64,000 nt of DNA from an uncultured Planctomycetaceae bacterium (GTDB taxonomy: Bacteria > Planctomycetota > Planctomycetia > Isosphaerales > Isosphaeraceae). Location: positions 800,001-864,000 of the forward strand of contig CAWIAD010000002.1 of NCBI GenBank assembly GCA_963833985.1. Direction: 5' to 3'. The notes under the pieces are model-generated. The model worked only from the letters and a program-made list of their open reading frames with translations. It did not search any database and was not told the DNA's origin. The position numbers were made by a program, and so were the translations under genes. Positions 52,536 through 64,000 of this stretch are shown one piece after another (the stretch's first letter is position 1; each line of letters starts with the position of its first letter).

Positions 52536-54142
52536 TTGAGCCATGCTGGAGTGATCGTTGCCGTGAACTGGCGTCAGAAGATCGTGCTCTGGAGCGAACG
52601 AGCCGGCGCCGCGCTGCTTGCGGTGCTCCTGCTCGGCGGCGTGCTGGGATTCGGCGGTGCCGTGTGGTGGTTCCGTCCCTTCCTGGTCATCGTCGCCGTG
52701 CTGCTTGCCTCCACCCAGGTTTTCCGCAGCCTGGGCGCGGGCCGGATGCCCGTGCTAAAGAGCCCGCTGGGTTTTCTGGGCATGCTGGTTCTGGGCCTGG
52801 GCGTGCTCCAGCTTGCACCGCTGCCGGCCAGGCTTGCCGGGAAGATCTCGCCCGCGGCCCATGAGGCCTACACCCGGGGTGCGCTCACCCGGCTGGTCCA
52901 TGAGGACGACCCCCAGGCGGCCCTTCCCAAAGCGCCCAGATACGCACGCCGGCAACCCTCGACCGGCCGGCAACCCTACGCTGGCTGATTGGTGCCGCGG
53001 CCTGTCTGCTCATCTTCTGGTCGGTCTCTCATTTTGTCGACCGCCTGGGAAGGCTCTACCTCGTGTGGGGGCTCGTGATTGCCGGATTCCTGTTCAATGC
53101 CGCGCTGGCCGTCGTGCAGATCACGAACCACAGCGAGGGCCTGTACGGGCTGTACGCCCCCGGCAGTGGTCCCGTCTGGGTTCCCACGCACAACGATTTG
53201 CTCGAATCTCCGGGCACGGCGGAGCTGTGCAATCTACGCGCACCCTCTGAGGGCGGTGGCGATGCGGCCGTGGAACGACCGCGCGCCATCCTCGTGCCAA
53301 GGTCCCCCTTCCTCTTCGGAACGATGATGAGCAGTCCCGGGGCATTTCTGGCCCTGGGAACGCTGGCCTTACCTCTGACGCTCGCGCTCGCGGTGCATTT
53401 GCTCTCACCACGCGGTAGCCGCGAAAGCCTCTCCGGCCGGCTTGGCCGCTCCAGCCTGGGAAGCCTTGTCCTCCTGCTGGTGGTCATGATGCTTCTGGGC
53501 TCATTCCTGGTCGGCCTGATTGCCGGTCCCTGGTACTCCATACCGCTCATCATGGGCCTGGCCGCCGTGGGATTCCCGGCGCTGGGGCGGCCGACAGCGC
53601 GCGGGGTTGCCCTTAGCCTCACTTGCCTCACGCTGATCGCGATTGGACTGGGGGTCTTGCTGGGCCGCTCGTGGACCCTGATCCTGGGCGGCCAGCCGCC
53701 CGTCGAGCCGCCCGATCCGGCGCTGGTGCAGTCACTCTGGTCCGAGAGCCTGAGAATCTTCCACGAGTTTCCACTGGTGGGCGCCGGGCTGGGGAGCTTT
53801 GGCGTCATTCATCCGTATTACAAGCACAGCGCCATGTCCTCGACCACGGCGATGAGCAGCCTCTTGCAGTGGGGTGTTGAGTCCGGCGGGCTTGGCCTGG
53901 GGCTGCTCGGCCTGGGGATTCTCTGGTGCCTTGTCCGCATTCCAGGGGCGATCCGGCGCGTCGGGCGGATTGACCGTGCGCTGGCACACGGGCTCCTGGG
54001 CGCTGTCCTCAGCCTGAGCCTGCTGGCTGCCATCCACTGGACGGTCGAACTCTCCGCCGTGGCCGTTTCGGCCAGTGCGCTGGGCGGAGCCTGGAATCGC
54101 TGGCTGGCTGGTGGTACGGACCTGTTCGTGGAGCATGGATGA
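52536..54142 (+). CDS. O-antigen ligase/Wzy_C-like membrane protein (frameshift ~52940)
   Basis: Multi-TM; FPLVGAGLGSF; the frame ATLDRPATLRWL bridges the two ORFs; start uncertain. Confidence 0.75.
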
Positions 54143-57100
54143 CCCGATCTGACCGACCGGACAGTGCGCAAGGAGCAGTCAGTCTCGAGATGCCGGAATC
54201 CACTTGCCTTCATATCCAGGATCGCACATCGGGCCCGATCCGGGTCGTGGAGATTCCCTGGATCTCGGCCCGGATCGGATCGGCCGGCTATTGCGAGGTC
54301 CGGCTGGTGGATCTGGAGCTGGCAGCGGAGGCATGCCGGATTCAGCGGCGGGGTCGCACCTGGCACCTGCTGCCCCTTGGCCCCAGAGGATCGGTGTCGC
54401 TGCACGATCAACCCGTGCAGGGCTCCTGCCCGTTGCCCTTCGATACGCCCTTCCGCATCGGGGCGGTCTGCTTCACGTTGAAACACAGCCGTACCGCGGA
54501 GCCCAACTGGGAGCTTGCCCCGACGCCTGCACCCAGGCCGCCTGAGCCACCCGAGTCGCCAGCTCGCACGGATCTGCTTGCCGCCTTCCGAACTGCCGAT
54601 GAGATCAAGGAACCGGCCGCGCGGCCACGGCCCGAGCCTCAGACGCTCGAAGCGGTGGTGGTGCCGTTGAAGCCCGCACAGGAGCCATCCAGAGAGCGGC
54701 CGCCCGCAGCACCACCGGCGGCCACCCCCAATCCCTGGGCGGCGCTGGAAGGCTGCCGGAGCCCGGCTCCATGCCGAGACCAGGCGTCAGGCTCCGGAGC
54801 CTCCTGTCGCGGCACGACCGGCAAGCGACCGGTACCAGGGCGTTCCACTCAAGGGATCACCGGCTCCGTCCGTAGCGAAGAGGCCGGAGCCGGTGCTTAC
54901 GGCACACCACCCGCGCGAATCGTTTGAGCAGCGCCGGCCCGCGGTAGCCCCACCCGACTATCCGGTTCCCGGGGCCGTGCCTCAGGCCAGGCGCCCGTTC
55001 TCGAGCGTGCCACGCACGCCACTCCCCGCGGCGGCGGCGCCATCCCCGCAGCGCACGCCATTCCCACACACATCCGCTCCAGGTCCGATAGAGTGGAAGA
55101 GCACCACACGCTCGACCTCTTCACCGACCAGGCCCGTCGCCACGGAACGCACGGCTCCAGACACCCAATGTGCGGCTCCTGCCCCCGAATGCACGGCCCC
55201 ACCAACGGAACGCACGGCCCCACCAACGGAACGCGCGGCCCCACCAACGGAACGCGCGGCCCCACCAACGGTTCCGGAGCTCATCGAGCTGACGGCACCT
55301 TTTGAGCCCGACGCAAGCACCGTGCAGGAGAGTTCATCGGAAGCGGCTTGCTTGACGGCTCCCGAGCTGCCGGGCAGCTTTCGAGACGAGGACGTTCCGG
55401 ATGAATCCGTGGTCGTGCCCCTGAAGCAGCCGCCGAGTCCGAGCGTCGAGATAAGCCAGTCGGCCCTTGAACGAGACCGAGACAACCCCGCGCCGCGACC
55501 GCCCGAAGAGGCCATGGCCGATGAGCCCGTGACTCTGCCGCTCGAAGCAGCCATGGCCGATGAGTCCGTGACTCTGCCGCCTGAGCCTGCCATGGTCGGC
55601 ACTTCATGGACAGAAATGCTCACCACGTTCGAGGTGGGGTTTGCCCCGGAGATGGTATCGATCTCCACGGAAACCTACGGGCACCCGAACGGTCAGGACG
55701 GCAGCGCCGGAGGACGCCCGCATGCTCGGCCCCGGACGGCGACGCTCCTCCAGCCGGGGATATCGTCTGCATCCGGGACCCGCAACGACGCTCCCGGAGA
55801 ACGGAAGGGCAGTGAACACGAACACGAGCCCGGTGCGTTCGGCCAATCACCGGCTCGCATGCCGGAGGCAAGAAAGACCAGGTGGGAGGGGAGCTTACCC
55901 TCAGCGCAGGAGATCCTCGCATCCGCAGCGGTGCGGTCTGTTCCCGCCCTGGCCCCGGCCCCAGCTCCCGGGAAGCCGGCCAGGAAGATCCGCGAAGATC
56001 AGGACGCTCCCACGCAGTCCAGGGAACCGGACCAGTGGCTTGCCCCGCTCTGGCTGGCTGCGCCCTTCACAACGCTGTTCGTTCTCGGGCTCGGCTTGCT
56101 GGGAACGTTCCTTTCCCTGGGCTGGGCGGGCGATGCGCTCAATACGTCGACGGTGAGCCTGCGATTGCTGGCCTGGGTCGAGAACCCGGGCCGGGACAAG
56201 CCTCTGCCGCCTGGGGCTGTTCCCCCACAGCCAGCCTGGTGGCGGACCTCCGCGCTGCACCTGGCGCAGTGGGGTGTCTACCTGGGGCGATCAAGGATGG
56301 AGGACGGGCGCGCTGGCGAGAGCCGTGAACTTCTCGAGGCAGCCGCGCTGGTGACTCCGCTGCATCCGCTTGCCAGGCTCGCGCGGGCACAGAGTGAAAT
56401 GGTATCGGGCAGGTCGGCGGCGCCTGTACCAGCACTGGGTCTGAGCCGTGATGCGGTAAGCCTGGCATGGAGCGCTCGAGCGCTGCGGCTGGCAGGCCGG
56501 AGGGCGGCCGCGCTGGGGCTCTACCAGCACGCTCTGAGCGTGGCCTGTAGCCAGGCAGTGGCACCATCGTTCAAACCGGACTATAACGAAGCCGCCGATA
56601 GCGGCAGGGACCGCCCTGGTACCCGGCGTTATTTCTTGCCCGGTGAGTCCGTTTCCAGGGTCGTCCTGCACGAGCTGATCAATGAGACCGGCTGGAGCTT
56701 TGAGGAATGGCCGCAGGCGCTGCCCGCTGATCCGGTGGCCACCCTGGCCGCGGCGCGCTTGCTCCATGAGCAGGACCGGCCGGAAGCTCGTGAGCTGCTG
56801 GAGCGCATCGTCCAGCAAGACCCAGGCCAGGGGATCGAGGTGCCCCGGGCCGCGCGAGCTGTGCGGTACGCCGTGACGGCAGAGGCTCATGCCTTGCTGG
56901 GACACTGGAAGGAGGCCGATCAATCCTACCGCCAGGCCATCGAGACGGTCGCCAATGGCACGGTGAGACGGTCCTGGTGGTTCAATCTGGCGAGCCTGGC
57001 GATGGAGCAGGGCGATGAGGCCGAGCGGAAAGTCGCCACCGATGCGGCCTTGCAGGCATCGGTCGATGATGACATCAGCCGGAGAGCCCTCGATCTTCAG

Positions 57101-57154
57101 CGCGTGATCGAACCGCTGGGCCACCTGCGGCCAGGTGGAGCCCGTGCCAATTAA
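54139..57154 (+). CDS. FHA-like/Pro-rich/TM/TPR-like protein (frameshift ~54743)
   Basis: N-terminal beta-rich domain (ARIGS...CEVRL...FRIG), Pro-rich linker, TM helix, helical C-terminus; a 2-nt fix joins ORFs 54139 and 54893. Confidence 0.7.
55141..55271 (+). repeat. 21-bp coding tandem repeat (TERxAPP)
   Basis: GCACGGCCCCACCAACGGAAC about x4, plus degenerate units. Confidence 0.85.
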
Positions 57155-57220
57155 GGTGAGACATGAAGAAGTGCATGTGAGAATCGGTAACCTCCCAGCC
57201 GAAGTGAAGGATAACCTGCG

Positions 57221-58261
57221 ATGGCGGCGACCAAGGATGAAGGCTTCTCCTCAACGTCGGATCCGACGGATTCCACGCGGCATGACATGCACCTGGGTAA
57301 CCTCATGGCCCGGGCCCTCCGCGACCCCGTCCAGCGGGTCACGCTGCTTGGCGGGCTTCTCTGCTGCATCCTCTTCGGCGTGCTCTTCCGGGAGAACCTC
57401 TGGCATTTCTATTACGCATGGACAACTGACGACAACTACAGCCACGGATTCCTTGTCCCGTTGCTCAGCCTGTATTTCGCCAGCCAGACCGCACGGCGTG
57501 GACCGGTGGAACTCTCCCACGGTGTGATCCTGGGGGGTATCCTTCTGACGCTGGCAATTGCCGGACGGCTGGTGACGGTTCCCTTGCCAATTCCCTTCGT
57601 CGGGGACCTGGCGCTGCTGGTGGGCCTGGCAGGGCTGTTCGCGCTCCTGCTGGGAAGCAAGGCGTTGGCTCGCTACTGGTTCGCGTTCTTCTTCCTGGTG
57701 TTCATGGTGCCTCTGCCCATTGCCATGTACTCGCGGCTCGCCTCACCCTTGCAGCTTCTGGCCAGCCGCCTTGCGTCCACGGTGATGAACGCCACCGGCG
57801 TACCGGTGCTCTGCGAGGGAAACCACATGACGCTGCCGGGCGGGGTGCAGATGTTCGTTGCCGAGGCGTGCAGTGGGATGCGCCAGATGACCGGCTTCCT
57901 GGCGCTCACGGCGGCCGTGGCCTACCTGACGGTGCGGCCCGCCTGGTATCGCGTCGTCGTGGTACTCTCTGCGCTGCCCATCGCCCTGACGGCGAACGTC
58001 GCCCGCATCGTCCTGACCGGATTCATCATGCATTATGTCGATCGTGAGTATGCGTCGGGCACATATCATACGCTCGAGGGAATCCTCATGATGGGCTTCG
58101 GGCTGTTGTTGCTGAATTCCCTGTGCTCGCTGTTGAACCATCTCTGTGCGTCCGCGGCGGGTGGCAGCCAAGACCAGCCGGATCAAAGCCCGAGCCTGGT
58201 CCACGACGCGGCATCCCATGCGCACGCGGGGCGCGCTCTGCTGAGCAGGACGGCAGGCTGA
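57221..58261 (+). CDS. Exosortase
   Basis: NYSHGFLVP, LQLLAS, VAEACSG, ANVARI, YHTLEG (Cys/Arg/His triad). Confidence 0.95.
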   Translation: MAATKDEGFSSTSDPTDSTRHDMHLGNLMARALRDPVQRVTLLGGLLCCILFGVLFRENLWHFYYAWTTDDNYSHGFLVPLLSLYFASQTARRGPVELSHGVILGGILLTLAIAGRLVTVPLPIPFVGDLALLVGLAGLFALLLGSKALARYWFAFFFLVFMVPLPIAMYSRLASPLQLLASRLASTVMNATGVPVLCEGNHMTLPGGVQMFVAEACSGMRQMTGFLALTAAVAYLTVRPAWYRVVVVLSALPIALTANVARIVLTGFIMHYVDREYASGTYHTLEGILMMGFGLLLLNSLCSLLNHLCASAAGGSQDQPDQSPSLVHDAASHAHAGRALLSRTAG

Positions 58262-58317
58262 AAGACGAGACGGAACGAGGTCAATCAAGGACTGGCGCTT
58301 GCACACGAGGACTGGCC

Positions 58318-58992
58318 ATGACGCCAAAGCACCGCTGCTCTCTTTGCACCGGGATTCTCATTGCGGGGCTGGCCGCGCAGGGTGAGCTTCAGCACCTCAA
58401 CCAGACCGAGCGTCCGCCATTACGGCAGAGACTCGCATCCATCCCGCTGGAGCTTGGCGACTGGCAGGGCCGTGAAGAGCCTATTGCCCCGGACATCGTG
58501 GAGCGGGCCCAGACCAGCGAGTATCTCAACCGGGTGTACGAAAGCCGTAGCCAGCCCGGGTTGCGTCTCACACTCTGGATCAACTACTCCGATAAAGGAA
58601 CGAACCTTCGCCACACGCCGGAGATCTGCCTCCCCTCGGGGGGCTGGGCCAAGATCGAGTCACAGACCAAGGTGCTGGAACTACCTGCTCCCCACGCGAA
58701 GTTGCTGAAAATCACCCGTCTGGGGTATGCCCGAGGTGAACTGGTCGAACAGGTGGGATTTTGGTATTACATCTTCGGAGAGGGCAAGCTGGAAAACTTT
58801 GTCCGGCAACTGCCAATTACCAGCCGGAGCAGCCACGGGCAGACCACACGCGGCTCCTCCATGACCGTTGAGATCTTTTACCCCGGAGAGCATGACCCCG
58901 ACGGTGCGGCACTGCGAGATTTCGCCGAGTCGCTGCTGATTGCCCTCGAGCCGGTTCTCCCTGTGGAACGCGCAGAGTATTACGTTCCGTGA
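58318..58992 (+). CDS. EpsI-family exosortase-associated protein
   Basis: IPLELGDWQG, YLNRVY, HTPEICLPSGGW, FWY. Confidence 0.9.
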   Translation: MTPKHRCSLCTGILIAGLAAQGELQHLNQTERPPLRQRLASIPLELGDWQGREEPIAPDIVERAQTSEYLNRVYESRSQPGLRLTLWINYSDKGTNLRHTPEICLPSGGWAKIESQTKVLELPAPHAKLLKITRLGYARGELVEQVGFWYYIFGEGKLENFVRQLPITSRSSHGQTTRGSSMTVEIFYPGEHDPDGAALRDFAESLLIALEPVLPVERAEYYVP

Positions 58993-59037
58993 GAGCACCG
59001 CGCGAGACTGCTCTACAAGCCAACTGGAATCGACTTC

Positions 59038-60054
59038 ATGAAACGTGCGCTGATCACCGGAATCACAGGTCAGGATGGCTCTTACCTCGCGGAGTTTCTG
59101 CTCGGCAAGCCAGACTACGAGGTCCACGGCCTGGTTCGACGATCCAGCTCTTTGAATCGCCAGCGAATTGATCACCTGTTTCATTACGACTCTGAAGTGC
59201 GGCACCGGCTGCACCTGCATTACGCCGACCTGGCCGATGCTTCGAGCCTGTCCACGGTGATGGAGCAGGTTCGGCCCGACGAGGTCTACAACCTGGGTGC
59301 CCAGAGCCATGTCCGGGTCTCATTCGACCAGCCGCTATACACGGCGGACGTGGTGGGTCTGGGTACGCTCCGCCTGCTCGAGGCGGTCCGGCAACTGAAC
59401 CAGTCCAGCCCTGTGAAGTTCTACCAGGCCTCGAGCTCCGAGATGTACGGCTCGGCGGCTCCTCCCCAGGGCCCTAACACGCCCTTCCACCCCCGCAGCC
59501 CCTACGCCTGTGCCAAGCTTTACGGCCACTGGCAGACCATCAACTACCGGGAAGCCTATCAACTGTTCGCGTGTTCGGGAATTCTCTTCAATCATGAGAG
59601 CCCGCGCCGGGGTGAATCGTTCGTGACCCGGAAGGTGACGCTCGGGGCGACGCGCATCAAGGAGGGTCTGCAAAAGCGGCTCGTCATGGGGAACCTGGAC
59701 TCCCAGCGCGATTGGGGCTTCGCCGGCGACTACGTGCGTGCCATGTGGCTGATGCTCCAGCAGGAGAAGCCGGATGATTACGTCGTGGCCACCGGAGAGA
59801 CGCACTCGGTCCGCGAGCTACTCGAGGTTGCCTTCGCACTCGTCGACCTCGACTACCATGACTTTGTCGATTTCGATCCCCGGTACACGCGGCCGTCCGA
59901 GGTGGACGTCCTGCTGGGCGACGCCACCAAGGCCAGGCAGGTCCTGGGCTGGACTCCCGAGGTCGATTTCCATGGCCTGATCAAGATGATGGTCGAGCAT
60001 GACCGTGAGCTCGCACGCCGGGAGAAACACGCACAGACGTATCCCGGCCGTTGA
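59038..60054 (+). CDS. gmd: GDP-mannose 4,6-dehydratase
   Basis: [33 protein letters not shown]. Confidence 0.98.
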   Translation: MKRALITGITGQDGSYLAEFLLGKPDYEVHGLVRRSSSLNRQRIDHLFHYDSEVRHRLHLHYADLADASSLSTVMEQVRPDEVYNLGAQSHVRVSFDQPLYTADVVGLGTLRLLEAVRQLNQSSPVKFYQASSSEMYGSAAPPQGPNTPFHPRSPYACAKLYGHWQTINYREAYQLFACSGILFNHESPRRGESFVTRKVTLGATRIKEGLQKRLVMGNLDSQRDWGFAGDYVRAMWLMLQQEKPDDYVVATGETHSVRELLEVAFALVDLDYHDFVDFDPRYTRPSEVDVLLGDATKARQVLGWTPEVDFHGLIKMMVEHDRELARREKHAQTYPGR

Positions 60055-60147
60055 GTGTGGCAGCAACACGCAGACGCATCCCGACCGTTGAGTTGAGTGC
60101 CGCAGCGTGGAAGGGAAGGCCGGTCCCAGACGGGACGCTCATCAAGG

Positions 60148-61512
60148 ATGACCGAGGCGAGTATGGACGCACCGCTTGATGCAAGATCTGTGATCGTGGC
60201 CTGTCCCGATGCGCGCCCGCCGGCCTACCAGGCGGTGATCGGCCTGAGCCAGGCTGGCCTGCTGCGAACATTCCTGACGGCAGCCTACTATGATCCGCAA
60301 GGTCGGCTCCCAGCACTCGCACGGCGGCTGGCTCCAGACCCGTTCTCCCGCATCGAGCGGGTCCTGCTGCGGCGCCACCATGACGAGATTCCTGCCCGGT
60401 CCGTCGCCATGGTTCCTGCCGTCGACCTGGCACTCGGACTCGAGAACCACTGCGCGGGACGCTCGCAGACGCTGAAACGGCGGATTGCACAAACGCGCAC
60501 GGGATGGTTCGACCGGCGGCTGGCTCTTCTGCTGCTCAGGAAGCAGCCGGGAGCACTCTTCGTCTTCAGCGATGTCGGCTCGGCGGCGGCCTTGCCGCTC
60601 TGCCGGCGCCTCGGAATCCCAGCCATCCTCAGCATGGTCCACGGCGACGTGCGGGAGGAGGCCGAGATCCTCAGCCAGGAAGCCGTCCACGCACCAGAGT
60701 TCTTCTCCATCTACCTTGGCGACGGCAGGATCGACCAGGCTGAGATGGCCTGGCTGCACGCCCGCCGGCTACGCGACCTGGCGCTTGCTGACCTGATCCT
60801 GGTACCCTCCGAGCATATCGCCCAGCTCCTCGAGACGTACGGCACGCCCCGATCGAAGATCCGGGTCCTGCCCTATGCCGCGGATTGCCGCCGGTTTCGC
60901 CCTCAGGAGGGGAAACAGCATGGACCAGGCTGTACCTTCCTGTTCGCGGGAGGAATCACCCAGCGGAAGGGCATCAAGTACTTGCTCGAGGCCTGGAGCC
61001 GCATCCGCAGGCCGGGCTGGAAACTTCAACTGCTGGGCGCGATGCCGAAAGATTTTCAGCCGCTCCGTCCCTGGCTGGACCAGGTAGAGATCCTTGGACG
61101 CGTGGCCCACGCCGACGTGCCCGCCGTGATGACCAGTGCGGATGTGTTCGTGTTTCCCTCCCTCTTTGAAGGATCCGCCGTCGTCACCTACGAAGCCCTG
61201 GCCTGCGGCTTGCCCAGCGTGGTTACCCCGTCGGCTGGGTCGGTCGTGCGTGACGGGATCGAGGGCTTCCAGGTTCCGCCCCGTGATGTGGACGGCCTGG
61301 CCGAGCGAATGGAACGGCTTGGCAACAGCCCCGAACTGCGGGCCCGGATGGCACGGGCGGCACGGCAGCGCGCGTGCGAGTTCCACTGGGCGCGCTATCA
61401 CCAGGGAGTGGTCGCCGCGGTTGAGCATGTGCTGCACCAGGTTAGCGAGCGCGCAGAGCGCGGGGTGACATCAGGACCATTCACCGGCCGGCGGCAGTTC
61501 GAGGAGCAGTGA
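60148..61512 (+). CDS. Glycosyltransferase family 4
   Basis: RKGIKYLLEAW, FVFPSLFEG...EALACGLP. Confidence 0.93.
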   Translation: MTEASMDAPLDARSVIVACPDARPPAYQAVIGLSQAGLLRTFLTAAYYDPQGRLPALARRLAPDPFSRIERVLLRRHHDEIPARSVAMVPAVDLALGLENHCAGRSQTLKRRIAQTRTGWFDRRLALLLLRKQPGALFVFSDVGSAAALPLCRRLGIPAILSMVHGDVREEAEILSQEAVHAPEFFSIYLGDGRIDQAEMAWLHARRLRDLALADLILVPSEHIAQLLETYGTPRSKIRVLPYAADCRRFRPQEGKQHGPGCTFLFAGGITQRKGIKYLLEAWSRIRRPGWKLQLLGAMPKDFQPLRPWLDQVEILGRVAHADVPAVMTSADVFVFPSLFEGSAVVTYEALACGLPSVVTPSAGSVVRDGIEGFQVPPRDVDGLAERMERLGNSPELRARMARAARQRACEFHWARYHQGVVAAVEHVLHQVSERAERGVTSGPFTGRRQFEEQ

Positions 61513-61542
61513 GCCGCTCTCCTGAACAGCAAGGACGCAGGG

Positions 61543-62709
61543 ATGCAACGGATCAAAGAACTGGATTCGATTCGCGGTCTCGCCGCCCTGGCGATCGTGG
61601 TTTACCACCTCTGGCTGCCGCAGGTTGGCCTGCTGGGAGCCGCGGTGGATCTGTTCTTCGTGCTCTCTGGCTTCCTGATCACCACGATCCTTCTGACGAA
61701 CTCGCTGAGCCGCCAGTTCCTGGTCTCGTTCTATGCACGCCGTGCGCTGCGGATCTGGCCCATTTATTATCTTTCGCTGGGGTTGCTGGTGCTGCTGGTC
61801 CGGATTGTCCCCGATGCTGGACAGCTCGACGGGCTTCCGTATTTTGCAACCTTCACTCAGAACATCCCCTACTACTGCTCAAATTCGGCGCCCGCCTTCA
61901 TTCCCGCATTCCGTCATACCTGGAGCGTGGCCATCGAGGAGCAGTTTTACCTGTTCTGGCCGGCAGTGCTCTGGGTCCTGGGACGCCGAGCCGTCAGACC
62001 GGCTGCACTGACGCTGATTGTGCTGGCTGTGATGACCCGCGCGCTGGAGTTCAATGGCTGGATCCTCGTCTCTCACTGCGACGGCCTGGCACTGGGGGCA
62101 CTCCTCGCCAGCTGGAACCTCCTGGACGTGGAAGGGGAGGCACGGCGCGAGCGTTCCTTCTGGAAGCTGGGGCTGGCAAGCACAGGGTTCTGGGTGGGTA
62201 GTGCGCTGGCCCTCTACCTCGTTCCGTCAGACTGGCAATCCAGCCTGGTGCGGCCCGTTCAGAGCGTCCGCCTGCTCAGCCTGAACGTGGTATTTCTGGC
62301 CCTGGTCGGATCGATTGCCCGGAGTAGCGGTAGCCGCTGGCTGGGCGTTCTGCGCCTCTCCTGGCTCACGTACCTGGGCCAGATTAGTTACGGCCTGTAC
62401 CTCTACCACCATGTTGTGTTCATGCTATGGGATGATTACGCGGCACGGTATGGCATCGCGAACAATCTGGCCATCGATGTGGCCAAACTGGCCCTGAGCC
62501 TGGCGATAGCGGCATTGTCATGGAGATACATCGAGCAGCCGGCTCTGCGGCTGAAGACCTGGTTCTCCTATGAAACGGGCATGGCTCAAGGAGGCAGTGC
62601 ACGTGCGGATCGGACACCTCATGTGGCCATTCCGAGCTGTCTGGACGGAGCGATACCGCCGGTGCGGCCGCTCACGGCGGCATCCCTGGGCCCCCTGAAG
62701 GCGAGGTGA
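61543..62709 (+). CDS. Acyltransferase 3 (OafA-like)
   Basis: LDSIRGLA, VDLFFVLSGFLIT, HTWSVAIEEQFY, GQISYGLYLYH. Confidence 0.94.
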   Translation: MQRIKELDSIRGLAALAIVVYHLWLPQVGLLGAAVDLFFVLSGFLITTILLTNSLSRQFLVSFYARRALRIWPIYYLSLGLLVLLVRIVPDAGQLDGLPYFATFTQNIPYYCSNSAPAFIPAFRHTWSVAIEEQFYLFWPAVLWVLGRRAVRPAALTLIVLAVMTRALEFNGWILVSHCDGLALGALLASWNLLDVEGEARRERSFWKLGLASTGFWVGSALALYLVPSDWQSSLVRPVQSVRLLSLNVVFLALVGSIARSSGSRWLGVLRLSWLTYLGQISYGLYLYHHVVFMLWDDYAARYGIANNLAIDVAKLALSLAIAALSWRYIEQPALRLKTWFSYETGMAQGGSARADRTPHVAIPSCLDGAIPPVRPLTAASLGPLKAR

Positions 62710-62713
62710 GCCA

Positions 62714-64000
62714 GTGGACGGACAGTCCTACGTGTTCGTGACCGCGGGGGTGATCGTCACCTATTTCCTGGTGAACGTGGTCGCGCGCCGGTTCGATCCG
62801 TTCGCGCCGGTCTGGCTCTTCCTGGTAGGCTATGCACAGGTCTACGTCATCCAGGCCCTTTCCTATCAGGACTGGGCCCTGCGGGTTCGGGGTCCGGAGC
62901 TCGTGGCACAGGCCAATGCCCGGGCGCTCTGGGCACTGGTCTGGTTTCTGGTTTCCTATCACCTGGGGATTGGTCGCCTGCTGGCACCAAAACTGCCTCG
63001 GCCCCCCGGCGGCTGGTCGGCGCCTGTGGCGGTTGCAACGTCTCCCTTCCTTGTCATCTGGGGCCTGTACTGTGCGGGCGTTGTGATCCGGTCCGGGTCT
63101 CCCGGGGCCGATACCATCACCGCGGAGGAAGCACTCCTACGCTCCTTTCCCTTCGTGATGATGGTTGCCGCCATCTTGTTGATTGTCACAGGTCGTAACC
63201 TGAGCTCGCCCCAGCCAGTCTTCTTCCCACTCGGCCTGCTGGTGGCGGCGGGCTATGTCGCAATCTGGATGTTCAACGGCAAGCGCTCGCACTCGCTGAT
63301 CGGCGTGCTGGCCACCGTCTGTGCATGCTACATCACCCGGCTCAAGCGTCCCTCCTGGCCGGTCTTGCTGGCAACGTCGTTCACGGGGGCGCTTGTGGTT
63401 GCGATCGCCATCAACTGGCGAAACAACAATGACTATGAATTCTCCGCCTCCGGATTCACGCAGTATCTCTCCGAGTTCAAGATCGCCAAGATCCTTGAGA
63501 GCCTGAACATGGAGGAGCAGGATGGACCCGCCGAGGACATCAGCCATGAGACGACCGAGTACGGCGGCTTCCTGCTGATGATGGACACCGTGCCGGAGCG
63601 ATCGGAATATGACTACGGCCTCAATTATCTCCGCATCGTATCTACTTATGTACCGCGGATCCTCTGGCCGTCCAAGCCGGTCTTCGGCCGCGAGCAGTGG
63701 ATCGGCGCATGGAAGGCCGGCTCGGAGCTGGAACGGGATGATGATTTCACGGGCCCGGCCATCGGTATCCTGGGGGCCACCCAGCTCAACGGTGGAGTAG
63801 CTGCCACAGCGCTGGTCATGGCCCTGGCCGCGTTCCTTATTCGCACGGCCTACGAGTACTTCCGGCTTTATCCCGAGGTGCCGTGGGTTCAGTTCTGGTG
63901 GTCGATCACCTTCTTCAATGCCTGGTTCATGGTCGTCGGCGATGACCCGCTCACCTGGTTTTACTACAACTGGGGCTTCTCCGGGTTTCCCATCGTGGTG
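62714..64000 (+). CDS. Wzy-like polysaccharide polymerase membrane protein (partial)
   Basis: Manual translation from GTG 62714 (MDGQSYVFVTAGVIVTYF...); multi-TM with GKRS and YVPRILWPSKP; appears open to the window end. Confidence 0.75.
   Translation, partial: MDGQSYVFVTAGVIVTYFLVNVVARRFDPFAPVWLFLVGYAQVYVIQALSYQDWALRVRGPELVAQANARALWALVWFLVSYHLGIGRLLAPKLPRPPGGWSAPVAVATSPFLVIWGLYCAGVVIRSGSPGADTITAEEALLRSFPFVMMVAAILLIVTGRNLSSPQPVFFPLGLLVAAGYVAIWMFNGKRSHSLIGVLATVCACYITRLKRPSWPVLLATSFTGALVVAIAINWRNNNDYEFSASGFTQYLSEFKIAKILESLNMEEQDGPAEDISHETTEYGGFLLMMDTVPERSEYDYGLNYLRIVSTYVPRILWPSKPVFGREQWIGAWKAGSELERDDDFTGPAIGILGATQLNGGVAATALVMALAAFLIRTAYEYFRLYPEVPWVQFWWSITFFNAWFMVVGDDPLTWFYYNWGFSGFPIVV

Noticed and set aside
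55141..55271. 21-bp repeat as a non-coding array
   Set aside because: In-frame, spacerless repeat encoding a Pro-rich linker

Overview
GC-rich bacterial chromosome segment whose gene families (DUF4058, TIGR02999-type ECF sigma, PT-HINT/HEAT protein, LExRxLL motif protein, extended ECF, TPR kinases) point to Planctomycetota, probably Isosphaeraceae-like (inference). Housekeeping genes are lysC, argG, tgt-yajC-secDF, birA-pyc, selA and selB. They are interleaved with a Y1/HUH (RAYT-like) transposase flanked by a ~90-bp double-hairpin repeat and two complete IS elements with definable ends. An IS701-family element splits a zeta-toxin-like ATPase gene, and an IS1634-family element splits an MNT antitoxin gene whose HEPN partner carries an amber stop. 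A 6.4-kb accessory patch separates selB from selA and includes a 2.4-kb insertion bounded by a duplicated selB 3' end. The right end holds an exosortase-associated polysaccharide operon that runs off the window. About eight genes carry 1-2 nt frameshifts in homopolymer or (GC)n runs, most likely sequencing artefacts. No rRNA, tRNA (including selC) or CRISPR array was recognised.
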